From positions 544,001 through 608,000 of the forward strand of contig OZ241993.1 in assembly GCA_965204575.1 (NCBI GenBank): a stretch of 64,000 nt of DNA. Direction: 5' to 3'. Shown here one piece after another: positions 1 to 11,923 of this stretch. The position numbers and the translations under genes were made by a program. Source of the stretch: an uncultured candidatus Porisulfidus sp. (lineage in GTDB: Bacteria; Pseudomonadota; Gammaproteobacteria; Poriferisulfidales; Poriferisulfidaceae). Each line of letters begins with the position of its first letter. The stretch's first letter is position 1. The notes under the pieces were generated by a model. That model saw only the letters and a list, made by a program, of their open reading frames with translations. It was not told the DNA's origin and did not search any database.

Positions 1-515
1 CCATCCGGACCCGCGCCCGGGAGAAAATGACCGACGGCGCCGTGACGGGCGCGTACAAGGCCGACCTGCAGCAAGTCATCGCCGTGCTGAACGAGGTGTT
101 GGCGACCGAGCTCGTCTGCATCTTGCGCTACAAGAACCACTACTACATGGCGGCCGGGATCAACGCCCCGACCGTGGCGGCGGAATTTCTGGAGCACGCC
201 AACGAGGAGCAGATGCACGCGGACTGGATTGCGCAACGCATCACCCAGCTCGGCGGAGTGCCGAACTTCGACCCGAAAGGCCTGGCCACTCGCGCACACG
301 CGGAATACGTCGAAGGCGAATCCCTGTCCGACATGATTCGGGAAGACCTGGTCGCGGAACGGATCGCAATCGAGACTTATTCCGAGATCATTCGCTGGCT
401 CAAGGACAACGACCCCACGACCCGGCGGATCATGGAAGACATCCTGAAGATGGAGGAAGAGCACGCGGACGACTTGGCCAGCCTGCTGGAAATGGTCGAA
501 GGCGCGCCGGACTGA
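1..515 (+). CDS. Ferritin-like / bacterioferritin-family protein, probably starting upstream of the window
   Basis: Four-helix ferritin pattern with ExxH diiron motifs (EEQMHAD, EEEHADD). The frame is open back to the window edge (IRTRAREK before Met27). Confidence 0.85.
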   Translation, partial: IRTRAREKMTDGAVTGAYKADLQQVIAVLNEVLATELVCILRYKNHYYMAAGINAPTVAAEFLEHANEEQMHADWIAQRITQLGGVPNFDPKGLATRAHAEYVEGESLSDMIREDLVAERIAIETYSEIIRWLKDNDPTTRRIMEDILKMEEEHADDLASLLEMVEGAPD

Positions 516-575
516 ACCGGCCCGCACGCATTCCCGCCGGCGTGGTAGTATTGGAGGGCCTGCCGGAGACTCCGT

Positions 576-652
<77 letters not shown>

Positions 653-795
653 GAATCTTGTTCCAGACAATCCCAGCCCGCCCTAAGTGAACATTCCGTA
701 AAAATAATTGTCTGACATGGCTGCCCCCCCAAAGCGGCGCGAGACTTGTCCTCTTTTCGTGATGGCGGCAGGGCTCAAACTTTAACGGTACGAGC

Positions 796-2058
796 ATGAA
801 TGCTAAGGCTTTTGTCGTCAGCATGCTGGCCCTCATCGGATATCTCTCTGCCGGGCCGGCGTTCTCATCCAACGCATCCTCTTCCCCGGATGTGCAATTC
901 CAACCCTCTGGCGAGGGGGTGCCGTTCAACCCTGGCCAGTACCAGGATTTCGGCGACTATATCCGCCAAACGCGTGAACGGCTCTTGCGACACAAGGTGT
1001 ACATGGATCCGAATCAGAAGCAGCTGGAGTTGGCCGCCTCCATACCCTTTGAGCGCGTGCCCGCTGGCGCCTGTGAATCGACGGGCGGGACGCACCGGAG
1101 CCGGGGAATTGTGCTGTTGCATGGGCTGGCCGATATGCCTGTGGCCATGACGGACCTGGCCGAGGCCTTCGCGGCGCGGTGCTTTCTGGTGCGGGTGCTT
1201 TTGCTGCCCGGGCATGGCACGCGGGCGGGTGATCTGCTTGATGTGACCCGCAGCGACTGGCTGGCCGCGACACGATTCGGACTGGAGACACTGAAAATGG
1301 ATGTTGATGAGGTGTACGTCGGCGGTTTTTCGCTGGGAGGGCTGCTCGCCGTCCATGCCCTGCTGTCCGATGCCTCGCTCAAGGGCGCCTTCATCTTCTC
1401 TCCCGCACTCTCGCTGGACAGCGCGGGGTGGGTACGTCAGGCGGTCTGGCTGCGACATCTTTTCGAATGGGCGGACCGAGACCCCCAGGACGATTACGCG
1501 CGCTACGAGGCGATGCCGATGAATGCCTTGGCGGAGACCTTCCTCCTGACCAGGGAGTTGGCGCGATTGCTGGAGCAAGATGAGGTTGCCGTGCCCGTTT
1601 TCGTTGCGCACAGTGCGGATGATCCCGTAGTCGACGTGACCGCCAACCGCGACTACTTCCGCAAGCGATTCATTCATCGGGGAAGCCGCCTGGTCGAGTA
1701 TCGCCGCCATTTTCGGGAAGAGGCCGACCCCAGCGATCCGCGAATCCGTTACGTCAACAGTTTTCTGCCCGAGCAGCGGATCGCCAGTTTTTCACACCTG
1801 TCGATTCATATAGCACCAACCCACACGCATTACGGCATGGCGGGCGACTATCGAAACTGTGGCCAGAACTCGGATGACCGCGACCTTGATGCGATCACAC
1901 GTTGTCTGCAGGCTTTGCACCCGTGGCGCGGAGAAACATTCGGGGAGGCCCCGACGGCGGTTCCCAACCGCGAGACGATGGCGCGCCTGACGTTCAATCC
2001 ACGGTTCGAGGAACTGTTTGATCAAGTCGATGACTTCATCATGACAAACGGATTTTGA
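796..2058 (+). CDS. Secreted alpha/beta-hydrolase (esterase/lipase-like)
   Basis: Signal peptide; LLHGL oxyanion motif, LPGHG, nucleophile elbow GFSLG, DPVVD and FSH as candidate triad residues. Confidence 0.85.
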   Translation: MNAKAFVVSMLALIGYLSAGPAFSSNASSSPDVQFQPSGEGVPFNPGQYQDFGDYIRQTRERLLRHKVYMDPNQKQLELAASIPFERVPAGACESTGGTHRSRGIVLLHGLADMPVAMTDLAEAFAARCFLVRVLLLPGHGTRAGDLLDVTRSDWLAATRFGLETLKMDVDEVYVGGFSLGGLLAVHALLSDASLKGAFIFSPALSLDSAGWVRQAVWLRHLFEWADRDPQDDYARYEAMPMNALAETFLLTRELARLLEQDEVAVPVFVAHSADDPVVDVTANRDYFRKRFIHRGSRLVEYRRHFREEADPSDPRIRYVNSFLPEQRIASFSHLSIHIAPTHTHYGMAGDYRNCGQNSDDRDLDAITRCLQALHPWRGETFGEAPTAVPNRETMARLTFNPRFEELFDQVDDFIMTNGF

Positions 2059-2117
2059 GAACCGGCTGAATCGCCGGAACCCACCCGGATTCAGGGCTTT
2101 GGGCCACCAATTCTTTT

Positions 2118-2279
2118 CTAACTGGAGCCTTTCTGCACGCGCTTCGCGTGCCGGGCCCGTTTCTCGCGTTCGCGCTCGCGCTTTTTGCACCTCGGGCATC
2201 GCGCCGTGGAAGAGGGCACCGGGCACTCGACGCAAATGTTCATCGCGCGCCGCCGCGCACGCTCGGCTTTACGGGGCAT
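2118..2279 (-). CDS. Possible small basic CxxC-CxxC (zinc-ribbon-like) protein, 53 aa
   Basis: MPRKAERARRRAMNICVECPVPSSTARCPRCKKRERERE..., preceded by an SD-like GGAAGG. Confidence 0.35.
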   Translation of the reverse strand: MPRKAERARRRAMNICVECPVPSSTARCPRCKKREREREKRARHAKRVQKGSS

Positions 2280-2677
2280 CAGCCTTCCCTCGCGGGAACG
2301 GAGGCAGCCCGTTTGACGGCGGTTTCCAACCGCGACTCGTCCAGCATGTTGCACCTCGCTTGGGTCTCGGTGGGCTGCCGGTGCCGATGTCGTGGTCAGA
2401 TCACGCGGCCACCCGCCGTGAATCCCCCCATTTGTTTGACATATGTCGGCGCCCAAGTTTCCTGGGGAGGGGGGGAGGAAGCGAGGCGAAAAGCCGCGCC
2501 GCGCGAGGTGCGGCGGGTTTCTTGTTCAGGGGCGGGGGTCTATAATTTCCTTTTGGATTTCGCGGGAATCATATTTCCAGAGGCCGCGATGGAATCGCCG
2601 TTACTCGGTTTTGCAAAATCTTGTGTTTCGGGGTGTTTTCGCGGAACCAGCTGCAGGCATGAACCGGGAGAAATTTA

Positions 2678-3034
2678 ATGCTTGACGAGTATCTGGCCGT
2701 GCTGTTGTTCCTTCTGGTGGGTGCAGGCATCGGTGTGGCCGTATTGCTGCTGGGACACCTGATGTCGAAGCGGGACCCGGACCCGGACAAATTGCGCCCC
2801 TACGAATGCGGGTTCGAGGCCTTTGACGATGCGCGCATGAAATTCGATGTGCGCTACTACCTGGTGGTGATCCTGTTCGTGTTGTTCGACCTGGAGGTCG
2901 CGTTCCTGTTTCCGTGGGCGGTGGCGCTGGAGGAAATCGGGGTGTACGGGCTGATTTCGATGGCGGTGTTTCTGCTGATTCTGGCCGTGGGCTTTGCATT
3001 CGAATGGCGGCGAGGGGCGTTGGAATGGGATTGA
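2678..3034 (+). CDS. nuoA: NADH-quinone oxidoreductase subunit A
   Basis: PYECGF and [12 protein letters not shown] motifs; three TM helices. Confidence 0.97.
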   Translation: MLDEYLAVLLFLLVGAGIGVAVLLLGHLMSKRDPDPDKLRPYECGFEAFDDARMKFDVRYYLVVILFVLFDLEVAFLFPWAVALEEIGVYGLISMAVFLLILAVGFAFEWRRGALEWD

Positions 3035-3525
3035 TGGAACAGTTGCGCCCGCAAGAGGCGGAGCAATTACAGCGCGGTTTCATGGTGACCAGCGCCGACC
3101 TGTTGGTCAACTGGGCGCGCTCGGGTTCGCTCTGGCCGATGACCTTCGGGCTTGCTTGCTGCGCGGTGGAAATGATGCACGCCGGCGCGTCGCGTTACGA
3201 CCTGGACCGGTTTGGCGCGCTGTTCCGGCCGAGCCCGCGGCAGTCGGACGTGATGATCGTGGCGGGGACCCTGGTCAACAAGATGGCCCCGGCCCTGCGC
3301 CGCGTGTACGACCAGATGCCGGACCCGAAATGGGTCATCTCGATGGGGTCGTGCGCGAATGGCGGAGGCTACTATCACTATTCCTATTCCGTGGTGCGCG
3401 GTTGCGACCGCATCGTGCCGGTCGACATCTACGTTCCGGGCTGCCCGCCGACAGCGGAAGCGTTGCTGTACGGGATCCTGCAACTGCAGAACAAGATCCG
3501 CCGCACCCATACGCTGGCCCGCTGA
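3025..3525 (+). CDS. nuoB: NADH-quinone oxidoreductase subunit B
   Basis: [11 protein letters not shown] and GCPP; start chosen at MGLMEQ. Confidence 0.97.
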   Translation: MGLMEQLRPQEAEQLQRGFMVTSADLLVNWARSGSLWPMTFGLACCAVEMMHAGASRYDLDRFGALFRPSPRQSDVMIVAGTLVNKMAPALRRVYDQMPDPKWVISMGSCANGGGYYHYSYSVVRGCDRIVPVDIYVPGCPPTAEALLYGILQLQNKIRRTHTLAR

Positions 3526-4206
3526 ATGACCGCTTCGGATTCCTGGATCTCCGCACAGGCGGACTGGCTGGGCGACCGGGCTGAAATCCGCGCCGACCGG
3601 GATTGCCCGCGCCTGATGACCTCGGCCGAGCATGTGGCCGACATCCTGCGCCACCTTCGAGACACGCCGGAATGCCGGTTCGAACAGCTCATCGATCTGG
3701 CGGGCCTCGACTATGCCGAATACGGGCAGGATGAATGGCAGACCGAAGAGGCGAGCGCCGCCGGATTTTCGCGGGCGCCGGCGGCGGCCACCTCCGCCCG
3801 CTACTCTTTCGCGAACCCGCACCCGCCGGTGACGCGGGACGGACGATTCGCCGTCGCCTACCAGCTGCTTTCGCTGTCCCATAATCGGCGGATCCGGGTC
3901 GTGGCAAGCTGCGCGAGCGGCGCGTGGCCGACCCTGCCGTCGGTACGGGAGCTCTGGCAATGCGCGGACTGGTACGAACGGGAAGCCTTCGACCTGTTCG
4001 GCATCGTGTTCGAGGGCCACCCGGACTTGCGCCGCATCCTGACCGATTACGGCTTCATCGGACACCCGCTGCGCAAGGACTTCCCCCTGAGCGGGCACAT
4101 GGAAGTCCGTTACGACCCCGGCCTTCGGCGGGTTATCTACCAGCCGGTGACCATCGAGCCGCGGGTCACCGTGCCGAAAGTCCGGCGAGGGCAAGGCCAT
4201 GGCTGA
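3526..4206 (+). CDS. nuoC: NADH-quinone oxidoreductase subunit C
   Basis: [12 protein letters not shown] and GHPLRKDFP. Confidence 0.96.
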   Translation: MTASDSWISAQADWLGDRAEIRADRDCPRLMTSAEHVADILRHLRDTPECRFEQLIDLAGLDYAEYGQDEWQTEEASAAGFSRAPAAATSARYSFANPHPPVTRDGRFAVAYQLLSLSHNRRIRVVASCASGAWPTLPSVRELWQCADWYEREAFDLFGIVFEGHPDLRRILTDYGFIGHPLRKDFPLSGHMEVRYDPGLRRVIYQPVTIEPRVTVPKVRRGQGHG

Positions 4207-5452
4207 GATTCACAACTACACCATGAATTTCGGGCCGCAGCACCCGGCGTCCCACGGCGTCCTGCGGCTGGTGCTGGAACTGGACGGCGAAGTCGTGGAA
4301 CGCATCGACCCGCACATTGGCCTGTTGCATCGGGGCACCGAGAAATTGGCCGAAAGCAAGCCCTACAACCACAGCATCGGCTATATGGACCGGCTGGATT
4401 ACGTGTCCATGATGTGCAACGAGCATGCCTACGTGCGCGCGATCGAGCAGTTGCTCGAGATTGAGCCTCCGCCGCGCGCGCAATACCTCCGGGTCATGTT
4501 CGACGAAGTCACCCGCATCCTCAATCACCTGCTCTGGCTGGGCGCGCACGCGCTTGATATCGGCGCCATGACCGTGTTCCTGTATGCCTTCCGCGAGCGG
4601 GAAGACCTGATGGACTGCTACGAAGCGACCACCGGCGCACGCATGCACGCGACCTATTACCGGCCCGGCGGCGTGTACCGCGACCTGCCGGAGTCGATGC
4701 CGCGCCACCAGCCGTCGCGTTTCTGCTCGAAACGCAAGGCGCGCCTGCGAAACCGCGACCGCGAGGGCAGCCTGCTGGATTTCATGGACGCGTTCACCGG
4801 CCGCTTTCCCGGCTGCGTCGACGAATACGAAACGCTGCTGACCGACAACCGCATCTGGAAGCAGCGGACGGTGGATATCGGCGTGGTCGGTCCCGAGCGC
4901 GCGCTGCAGCTGGGATTCACCGGCCCCATGTTGCGCGGTTCCGGCATCTCTTGGGACTTGCGCCGCCGGCAGCCGTACGCGGTGTACGACGCGATGCGGT
5001 TCGACGTGCCGGTCGGCACCAACGGCGACTGTTACGACCGTTACCTGGTGCGGATCGAGGAAATGCGCCAATCGAACCGGATCATCCGCCAGTGCGTGGA
5101 ATGGCTGCGCGAGAACCCGGGACCGGTCATCGTTGCCGACCACAAGATCGCGCCGCCGCCGCGCGAAGAGATGAAGCACGACATGGAGGCGATGATCCAC
5201 CACTTCAAGCTGTTTACGGAAGGGTTCTGCCTGCCGGAAGGAGAGACCTATGCCGCGGTCGAACACCCGAAGGGCGAATTCGGCGTATACCTGGTCTCGG
5301 ACGGGGCGAACAAGCCGTACCGGCTGAAGATCCGCGCGCCGGGCTTTCCCCACCTGGCGGCGCTCGATGAATTGGCGCGCGGGCATATGCTGGCGGACGT
5401 GGTCGCCCTGATCGGCACCCTGGACCTGGTGTTTGGCGAGGTCGACCGGTGA
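4199..5452 (+). CDS. nuoD: NADH-quinone oxidoreductase subunit D
   Basis: [15 protein letters not shown] at the N-terminus, C-terminal GEVDR. Confidence 0.98.
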   Translation: MAEIHNYTMNFGPQHPASHGVLRLVLELDGEVVERIDPHIGLLHRGTEKLAESKPYNHSIGYMDRLDYVSMMCNEHAYVRAIEQLLEIEPPPRAQYLRVMFDEVTRILNHLLWLGAHALDIGAMTVFLYAFREREDLMDCYEATTGARMHATYYRPGGVYRDLPESMPRHQPSRFCSKRKARLRNRDREGSLLDFMDAFTGRFPGCVDEYETLLTDNRIWKQRTVDIGVVGPERALQLGFTGPMLRGSGISWDLRRRQPYAVYDAMRFDVPVGTNGDCYDRYLVRIEEMRQSNRIIRQCVEWLRENPGPVIVADHKIAPPPREEMKHDMEAMIHHFKLFTEGFCLPEGETYAAVEHPKGEFGVYLVSDGANKPYRLKIRAPGFPHLAALDELARGHMLADVVALIGTLDLVFGEVDR

Positions 5453-5931
5453 ACGACATCCTGAACCCGGACCTGCGCGGCCGCATCGATACCTGGCTGG
5501 AGCGCTTTCCCGCGGAACATCGGCGTTCCGCAGTGCTGGGGGCCCTGCGAGAAGTGCAGAAAGAATACGGGCACCTGACCCCGGAACGCATGGATGCCGT
5601 GGCCGACTACCTGGGTCTTTCGGCGGTCCAGGTGTACGAGGTCGGATCGTTCTACACGGGATTCGAGCACCAGCCGGTCGGGCGGCACACGGTGGCGGTT
5701 TGCACCAACGTTTCCTGCTGGCTGCGCGGCGGCGAGGAGATTCTGGCCCACATTGAAAGAAGCCTGGGCATTCGTGCCGGCGAGTCGACCCGGGATGGCC
5801 AAATCTACCTGAAATGCGAGGAGGAGTGCTTGGCGGGATGCTGCGGGGCGCCGATGATGCAGGTCGATCATGTCTACCACGAGAACCTGACTCTGGAGAA
5901 GGTCGACGAGATCCTGGGGGCGCTGTCGTGA
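5449..5931 (+). CDS. nuoE: NADH-quinone oxidoreductase subunit E
   Basis: CTNVSC and [10 protein letters not shown] 2Fe-2S ligands; GTG start overlaps the nuoD stop. Confidence 0.96.
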   Translation: MNDILNPDLRGRIDTWLERFPAEHRRSAVLGALREVQKEYGHLTPERMDAVADYLGLSAVQVYEVGSFYTGFEHQPVGRHTVAVCTNVSCWLRGGEEILAHIERSLGIRAGESTRDGQIYLKCEEECLAGCCGAPMMQVDHVYHENLTLEKVDEILGALS

Positions 5932-7202
5932 TCAAGCACCACAATGAAATGTGCTTCGCCACGCTCGAGCACCCGGAGCCCTGGTCGCTGAAGGCGTACG
6001 AATCGGTCGGCGGCTACCGCGTATGGAAACAGATTCTCGCCAAGCCCCCGCCCCGGCGCGACCTGGTCGAACAGATCAAGAGCTCGGGGCTGCGCGGGCG
6101 CGGCGGCGCGGGGTTCCCGACCGGGGTGAAGTGGGGGTTCATGCCGGATTGCGACGAAAGTTATCTCGTATGCAATGCCGACGAGTCGGAGCCGGGCACC
6201 TGCAAGGACCGGGACATCCTGCGCTTCAACCCGCATGCCTTGATCGAGGGCATGGCCATTGCCTGCTACGCGATCGGTGCCAAGGCCGGGTATGCCTACC
6301 TGCGCGAGGAATTCGGCGACGAGCCGTACCGCCGGTTCCAGAAGGCATTGCGCGAGGCGTACGGAAGCGGAATGCTGGGCCCCAACCTCGAGGGCAACGG
6401 CGTCACGGTCTACCTTCACGACACGTTGGGCGCGGGGGCGTATATCTGTGGCGAGGAAACCGCGTTGCTGGAATCTCTGGAGGGCAAGAAAGGGTTTCCG
6501 CGCTTCAAACCGCCGTTCCCGGCCAATTACGGCCTGTGGGGCTGCCCGACTACGGTCAACAACGTGGAAACCCTGGCGCTGGTGCCGGGAATCCTGCGCC
6601 AGGACGACGGCTGGCAGGTCGGGACGGAGAAAAGCCCCGGCACCAAGTGTTTTTCGGTGTCCGGCCACGTCTCCCGGCCCGGCAACCACGAGCTCCCGCT
6701 CGGCGTCCCGTTCGCGGACCTGCTCGAGATGTGCGGCGGAGTCTGGAAGAACCGTGAACTCAAGGCGGTCATCCCGGGCGGTTCCTCGGTTCCGGTGCTT
6801 CCCGCCGGGATCATGATGGAGACCAACATGGATTTCGAGAGCGTGGCGGAGGCGGGCTCGCTGCTCGGTTCCGGCGCGGTGATCGTGATGGACGAAACCA
6901 CCGACATGGTGCGGATGCTGCAGCGCATCTCGCGCTTCTATTTCATGGAATCCTGCGGGCAGTGCACGCCCTGCCGGGAAGGCACGGGCTGGCTGTACCG
7001 CGTGCTGACCCGCATCGTCGAGGGGCAGGGCGAGGAGCAGGACCTGGAGATCCTGGAGAAGGTGCCCGGGCGCATCGAGGGCCACACCATCTGCGCGCTC
7101 GGGGATGCCGCGGCCTGGCCGGTGCAGAGTTTCCTGCGGCACTTCCGCGACGAGTTCGAGCACTACATCCGCCATGGCAAGAGCCCGGTGAGCCCGGCAT
7201 GA
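5928..7202 (+). CDS. nuoF: NADH-quinone oxidoreductase subunit F
   Basis: GRGGAGFPTG, YICGEETAL, SCGQCTPCREG; GTG start at 5928. Confidence 0.97.
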   Translation: MIKHHNEMCFATLEHPEPWSLKAYESVGGYRVWKQILAKPPPRRDLVEQIKSSGLRGRGGAGFPTGVKWGFMPDCDESYLVCNADESEPGTCKDRDILRFNPHALIEGMAIACYAIGAKAGYAYLREEFGDEPYRRFQKALREAYGSGMLGPNLEGNGVTVYLHDTLGAGAYICGEETALLESLEGKKGFPRFKPPFPANYGLWGCPTTVNNVETLALVPGILRQDDGWQVGTEKSPGTKCFSVSGHVSRPGNHELPLGVPFADLLEMCGGVWKNRELKAVIPGGSSVPVLPAGIMMETNMDFESVAEAGSLLGSGAVIVMDETTDMVRMLQRISRFYFMESCGQCTPCREGTGWLYRVLTRIVEGQGEEQDLEILEKVPGRIEGHTICALGDAAAWPVQSFLRHFRDEFEHYIRHGKSPVSPA

Positions 7203-9499
7203 GCGACCCGATCACGATTACCTTGGACGGGCGCGCGGTCGAGGCGACCGCCGGCGAGATGCTGATCGCGGTGGCGGACCGCGAGGGCATCCCGATCCCG
7301 CGCTTCTGCTATCACCCGAAACTCTCGGTGGCGGCCAACTGCCGCATGTGCCTGGTCGAGGTGGCGGGCGCGCGCGGCCCGGTCCCGGCCTGCGCGACCC
7401 CGGTGATGGACGGCATGGAAGTGAAGACCCATTCCGAACCGGCCCGCGCAGCGCAGCGCGCCACCATGGAATTCCTTCTGATCAACCATCCGCTCGATTG
7501 CCCGATTTGCGACCAGGGCGGCGAATGCGAATTGCAGGACCTGGCCCTCGAGTATGGCAGTGACATCTCCCGCTACTCGGAAGCACGGCGGGTGGTGCCG
7601 GACCCGGACCTGGGCTCGCTGGTGTCGACCGACATGACGCGCTGCATCCACTGCACCCGCTGCGTGCGGTTCACCGAGGAGATTGCCGGCGATCAGGAAC
7701 TGGGCGCGTTCGGGCGCGGTGAATTCATGAAGATCGGCACCTACGTCGAGCGGGCGATGAACTCCGAACTTTCAGGGTGCGTGATCGACCTGTGCCCGGT
7801 CGGCGCGCTCAACGCCCGGCCTTCGCGGATGAGCGCCCGGGCCTGGGAACTGAATGATCATCCGGGGCTCGGCGAGCACGACGGGGTCGGATCGCACCTG
7901 TCCCGGCATATCTTGCGCGGGCGGCAGATCCGTTGCGTGCCGCGCACCGAAGAGACGATCAATGAAAGCTGGCTGTCGGACCGGGACCGGTTCAGCTACC
8001 AGGCGGCCAGCCACCCGGACCGCTTGTGCTGGCCGTTGGTCCGCCACCGCGACCGCTGGGTTCGGGTCAGTTGGGAGGAAGGCCTGGAGCTGGCGGCGGA
8101 AGCCCTGGCGAGAACCGGCACCAAGGCTGGCCTGATTCACCCGTCCAGCACGGTGGAGGAATGCTTCCGGTTCCAGCAGTTGCTGCGCCGGTGCGGGGCG
8201 GAAACGGTCGAGCATCGGACCCGCATGTCGGATTTCCGCGGGGGCGGACAATATCCGCGCCAGCCGACGCTCGGCTGCGACCTGGACCGAATTGCCGAAA
8301 ACGACGTGGTCGTCCTGCTCGGCAGCCTGCTGCGGCACGACCAGCCGATCCTCAACCACCGCCTACGCCAGGCGATGCGCTCGGGCACGGAAGTCTGGGT
8401 CATCAACCCCGCCCCGTTCGACTGGAACTTCGCACCGACCGAGGAAGCCATCCTGTCACCCCGGCAGTGGCTGACCCTGCTGCAGTCGGTGAAGCGCGCG
8501 CATGCCTTGCAGATGAAAGAAGCCTATGCGCGTTTTTCCGACCGGCTTGCACGGCGCCTGGGGGAGGCGGACAACGCCCTGTTCTGGCTGGGCCCGCTTG
8601 CGCTCAACCATCCGGACGCCGACCTGATTTACGCTTCCGCGCGCAACCTGTGCGAGCAGACCGGGGCCCGCCTGGGCACCCTGCAGGAAGGCGCCAACGC
8701 GGCCGGGGCCTGGCTGACGGGATGCGTCGCGCACCGCGGCCCCGGCGGCGAGGTTGTGGAGGGCGTGGATCTGCCGTCGCGGCTCCAGGAGCCACCGGAT
8801 CTCTGGGTGTTCTACGGAACGGACCCGGCCTGCGACGTCGCCGACCCGGCGCAGATGCGCCAGGCGATGGCGGAGGCGAGAACGACCATTGGCTTCCAGT
8901 CGTTTGTCCCGGATCCGCAGCACCTGCCGTACGACCTGTTGCTGCCGGTCCCTACGGTCGGGGAGCGCGGAGGCCATCTGATTAACCTGGAAGGGCGTTG
9001 GCAATCGATGACCCCGGCCGTCCCTCCACCGGGCGAGGTGAGAGATGGCGTGGAAGCGCTGGTGGAGTTGCTGCGCATGACCGGCCACGACCCGGGCTTT
9101 GCCGGGGTTTCCCTGGTTGCGCACTGCCGCGGCCTGGAAGCGCGCGCGGTTGTGCCCGACAAGATACCCAAGTCTGCGAGGCGGTTGCCGGAAAAGGGCC
9201 TTTTGCGGATAGGCTCTCCATCGATTTACCAGCAGGACCCGGCGACCCGCCACGCCCATGCCCTGCAACAGACCGAACTGGCGCAGGACCTGGTGTTGCG
9301 CCTGCACCCGGAAACCCTGAACGAACGGGGCCTGAAGGACGCGACACATGCGCGCCTGTCCCAGAACGGCTCGTCTCTCAAGCTTCCCCTGGTCGTGGAT
9401 GCGCAAATCCCGCGCGACTGCGTCTACCTGCCGACCGGGGATGTCCGCCTGGGACTGCTCGGTGCCGCATTCAGCGTGGTGGACCTGTGCGATGCCTGA
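7199..9499 (+). CDS. nuoG: NADH-quinone oxidoreductase subunit G
   Basis: [37 protein letters not shown]. Confidence 0.96.
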   Translation: MSDPITITLDGRAVEATAGEMLIAVADREGIPIPRFCYHPKLSVAANCRMCLVEVAGARGPVPACATPVMDGMEVKTHSEPARAAQRATMEFLLINHPLDCPICDQGGECELQDLALEYGSDISRYSEARRVVPDPDLGSLVSTDMTRCIHCTRCVRFTEEIAGDQELGAFGRGEFMKIGTYVERAMNSELSGCVIDLCPVGALNARPSRMSARAWELNDHPGLGEHDGVGSHLSRHILRGRQIRCVPRTEETINESWLSDRDRFSYQAASHPDRLCWPLVRHRDRWVRVSWEEGLELAAEALARTGTKAGLIHPSSTVEECFRFQQLLRRCGAETVEHRTRMSDFRGGGQYPRQPTLGCDLDRIAENDVVVLLGSLLRHDQPILNHRLRQAMRSGTEVWVINPAPFDWNFAPTEEAILSPRQWLTLLQSVKRAHALQMKEAYARFSDRLARRLGEADNALFWLGPLALNHPDADLIYASARNLCEQTGARLGTLQEGANAAGAWLTGCVAHRGPGGEVVEGVDLPSRLQEPPDLWVFYGTDPACDVADPAQMRQAMAEARTTIGFQSFVPDPQHLPYDLLLPVPTVGERGGHLINLEGRWQSMTPAVPPPGEVRDGVEALVELLRMTGHDPGFAGVSLVAHCRGLEARAVVPDKIPKSARRLPEKGLLRIGSPSIYQQDPATRHAHALQQTELAQDLVLRLHPETLNERGLKDATHARLSQNGSSLKLPLVVDAQIPRDCVYLPTGDVRLGLLGAAFSVVDLCDA

Positions 9500-10526
9500 T
9501 TGGATGACCGACCTGTCGGTGTGGCTCCGGGTCGGAGAAATCCTGCTCGGCGCCATGTTGATCCTGCTGCCGTTGCTGGCGGTGGTGGCGTACTACACGT
9601 ACGCCGAGCGCAAGGTGGTCGGGTTCATGCAGATGCGGCTGGGGCCGAGCCGGGTCGGGCCGCGTGGCCTGTTCCAGCCGATCGCCGATGTGCTGAAGCT
9701 TCTGACCAAGGAGGTCGTTCTCCCGGCCCAGGCCAACCGGGGCCTGTTCCTGGTGGCGCCGCTCGCGGCCCTGGTTCCGGCGCTTGGCGCCTGGGCGGTG
9801 ATACCGTTTGACGACGGCCTCTGGCTTGCGAACATCGATGCGGGCCTGCTGTACGTTCTGGCGCTGACTTCGCTCGGCGCGTACGGCATCATCATCGCCG
9901 GCTGGGCGTCCAACTCGAAGTACGCCCTGCTCGGGGCGATGCGCCAGGCGGCGCAGGTGGTGTCCTACGAAATCGCGATGGGCTTCGCACTGGTCGGCGT
10001 GCTGATGCTGGGCGGAAGCCTCAACCTCGCCGCCATCGTCCAGGCGCAGTCCGGCGGCATCCTGGACTGGTTCTTCCTGCCCCTGCTGCCCTTGCTCCTG
10101 GTGTACCTGGTGTCGGGCGTGGCCGAGACCAACCGCCTGCCGTTCGACGTGGTCGAGGGGGAGTCGGAACTGGTGGCGGGCTTCCACGTGGAGTATTCCG
10201 GTTCGGCGTTCGCGGTGTTCTTCCTGGCGGAATACTCCGCCATGATCCTGATCTCGGCGCTGACCGCGATCCTGTTCTTCGGCGGCTGGCTGTCGCCGCT
10301 CGAGGGCACGCAGCTCGCGCAGGCGGTCCCGGTTCTGGATTCCGGCATCCACTGGTGGCTGCTCAAGACCGCGTTCTTCATGTTCTGCTTCCTGTGGTTC
10401 CGGGCGACCTTCCCGCGCTACCGCTACGACCAGATCATGCGCCTGGGCTGGAAGGTGTTCATCCCGGTGACGCTGATCTGGATCTTCGTGCTGGGCGCCG
10501 CGCGCTATACCGGGTTTACGGGGTGA
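9492..10526 (+). CDS. nuoH: NADH-quinone oxidoreductase subunit H
   Basis: [30 protein letters not shown]. Confidence 0.97.
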   Translation: MPDWMTDLSVWLRVGEILLGAMLILLPLLAVVAYYTYAERKVVGFMQMRLGPSRVGPRGLFQPIADVLKLLTKEVVLPAQANRGLFLVAPLAALVPALGAWAVIPFDDGLWLANIDAGLLYVLALTSLGAYGIIIAGWASNSKYALLGAMRQAAQVVSYEIAMGFALVGVLMLGGSLNLAAIVQAQSGGILDWFFLPLLPLLLVYLVSGVAETNRLPFDVVEGESELVAGFHVEYSGSAFAVFFLAEYSAMILISALTAILFFGGWLSPLEGTQLAQAVPVLDSGIHWWLLKTAFFMFCFLWFRATFPRYRYDQIMRLGWKVFIPVTLIWIFVLGAARYTGFTG

Positions 10527-10530
10527 CGTC

Positions 10531-11028
10531 GTGCGCTGGCTGAATTCCCTGCTGTACCTGTTGCGCAGCCTGAGCCTGTGGGACCTGTTGCGGGGCCTGA
10601 GGCTGACCGCCCGGCGCCTGTTTTCGCGCAAGATCACCCTGCGTTACCCGGACGAGAAGACCCCGAAATCCCCGCGCTTCCGCGGTCTGCACGCGTTGCG
10701 CCGCTACCCCAACGGCGAAGAGCGCTGCATCGCCTGCAAACTGTGCGAGGCGGTCTGCCCGGCGCTGGCCATCACCATCGAATCCGAGGAGCGCGCCGAC
10801 GGCAGCCGGCGGACCACCCGGTACGACATCGACCTCTTCAAGTGCGTGTACTGCGGCTTCTGCGAGGAGGCCTGCCCGACCGACGCGGTGGTCGAGACCG
10901 ACATCCTGGAGTTTCATTTCGAACGTCGCGGCGACCAGATCATGACCAAGGAGGACTTGCTGGCGGTCGGCGACCAGTACGAGGAGCAGATCGCCGAACA
11001 CCGCAAGACCGATGCCCGATTCCGCTGA
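10531..11028 (+). CDS. nuoI: NADH-quinone oxidoreductase subunit I
   Basis: Two 4Fe-4S motifs, [12 protein letters not shown] and [12 protein letters not shown]. Confidence 0.97.
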   Translation: MRWLNSLLYLLRSLSLWDLLRGLRLTARRLFSRKITLRYPDEKTPKSPRFRGLHALRRYPNGEERCIACKLCEAVCPALAITIESEERADGSRRTTRYDIDLFKCVYCGFCEEACPTDAVVETDILEFHFERRGDQIMTKEDLLAVGDQYEEQIAEHRKTDARFR

Positions 11029-11624
11029 TGGCCTTCCAGACGCTGCTGTTCTACCTGTTCGGGACCGTGCTGCTGGCGGCCGCCACGGCCGCCGTGACCT
11101 TGAGGAACATGGTGCATGCGGCCTTGTCCCTGATCCTGTCGTTTTTCACCGCCGCCATGCTCTGGATGCTGCTGGAGGCGGAATTCCTGTCGATTCTCTT
11201 GGTGCTGGTCTACATCGGCGCGGTCCTGGTGCTGTTTTTGTTCGTGGTGATGATGGTCGAGCGGCATACGCCGACGATCCACCGTCGCCGCAACTACCGG
11301 ATCGTCGCCTCGGCGGTGGCCGCGGTGATGGTTGCCGAACTCGGCATGGCCCTTCTCGCGCCGGATTTCTCCCCGACCGCCCAGCCCATGCCGGCGCCGC
11401 TGGAATACAGCAACACGAAGGCGCTGGGGTCCGTGCTGTATACCGATTACGCCTTGGCGTTCGAGGCCGCCGCGGTCGCGCTGCTGGTCGCCATCGTCGG
11501 CGCGATTGCGCTGACGTTGCGCGTGCGACCGGATCACCACCGGCAGAACCCGGCGCGGCAGAGCCGGGTGCGCAAGCAAGACCGCCTGCGGTTGACCGAC
11601 GGGCGCTCGGAGCCGCCATGCTGA
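11028..11624 (+). CDS. nuoJ: NADH-quinone oxidoreductase subunit J
   Basis: VYIGAVLVLFLFVVMM; operon position. Confidence 0.95.
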   Translation: MAFQTLLFYLFGTVLLAAATAAVTLRNMVHAALSLILSFFTAAMLWMLLEAEFLSILLVLVYIGAVLVLFLFVVMMVERHTPTIHRRRNYRIVASAVAAVMVAELGMALLAPDFSPTAQPMPAPLEYSNTKALGSVLYTDYALAFEAAAVALLVAIVGAIALTLRVRPDHHRQNPARQSRVRKQDRLRLTDGRSEPPC

Positions 11625-11923
11625 GCCTGACTCATTTCATGCTCCTGTCCGGCGCGCTGTTCGCGATCGGCGTCGCCGGCGTGTTCGTCAACCGCCGGCA
11701 TGCGCTGGTGTTGCTGATGTCGCTGGAGTTGATCCTGCTGGCGGTCAACACCAACCTCATCGCGGCATCCCACTACCTGCAGGATCTCGCGGGGCAGGCG
11801 TTCGCGCTGTTCGTGCTGACCATCGCCGCCGCCGAGATCGCGATCGGCCTGGCCATCGTCGTGGTGGTGTTCCGCAGCCGCGAGACCATTGATGCCGAAG
11901 ACCTGAGCGAGGTGCGCGGCTGA
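11618..11923 (+). CDS. nuoK: NADH-quinone oxidoreductase subunit K
   Basis: LMSLELILLAVN and IAAAEIAIGLA. Confidence 0.96.
   Translation: MLSLTHFMLLSGALFAIGVAGVFVNRRHALVLLMSLELILLAVNTNLIAASHYLQDLAGQAFALFVLTIAAAEIAIGLAIVVVVFRSRETIDAEDLSEVRG

Noticed and set aside
2462-2480. G-rich run as a G-quadruplex or slippage tract
   Set aside because: The runs are short and interrupted, with no evident target.
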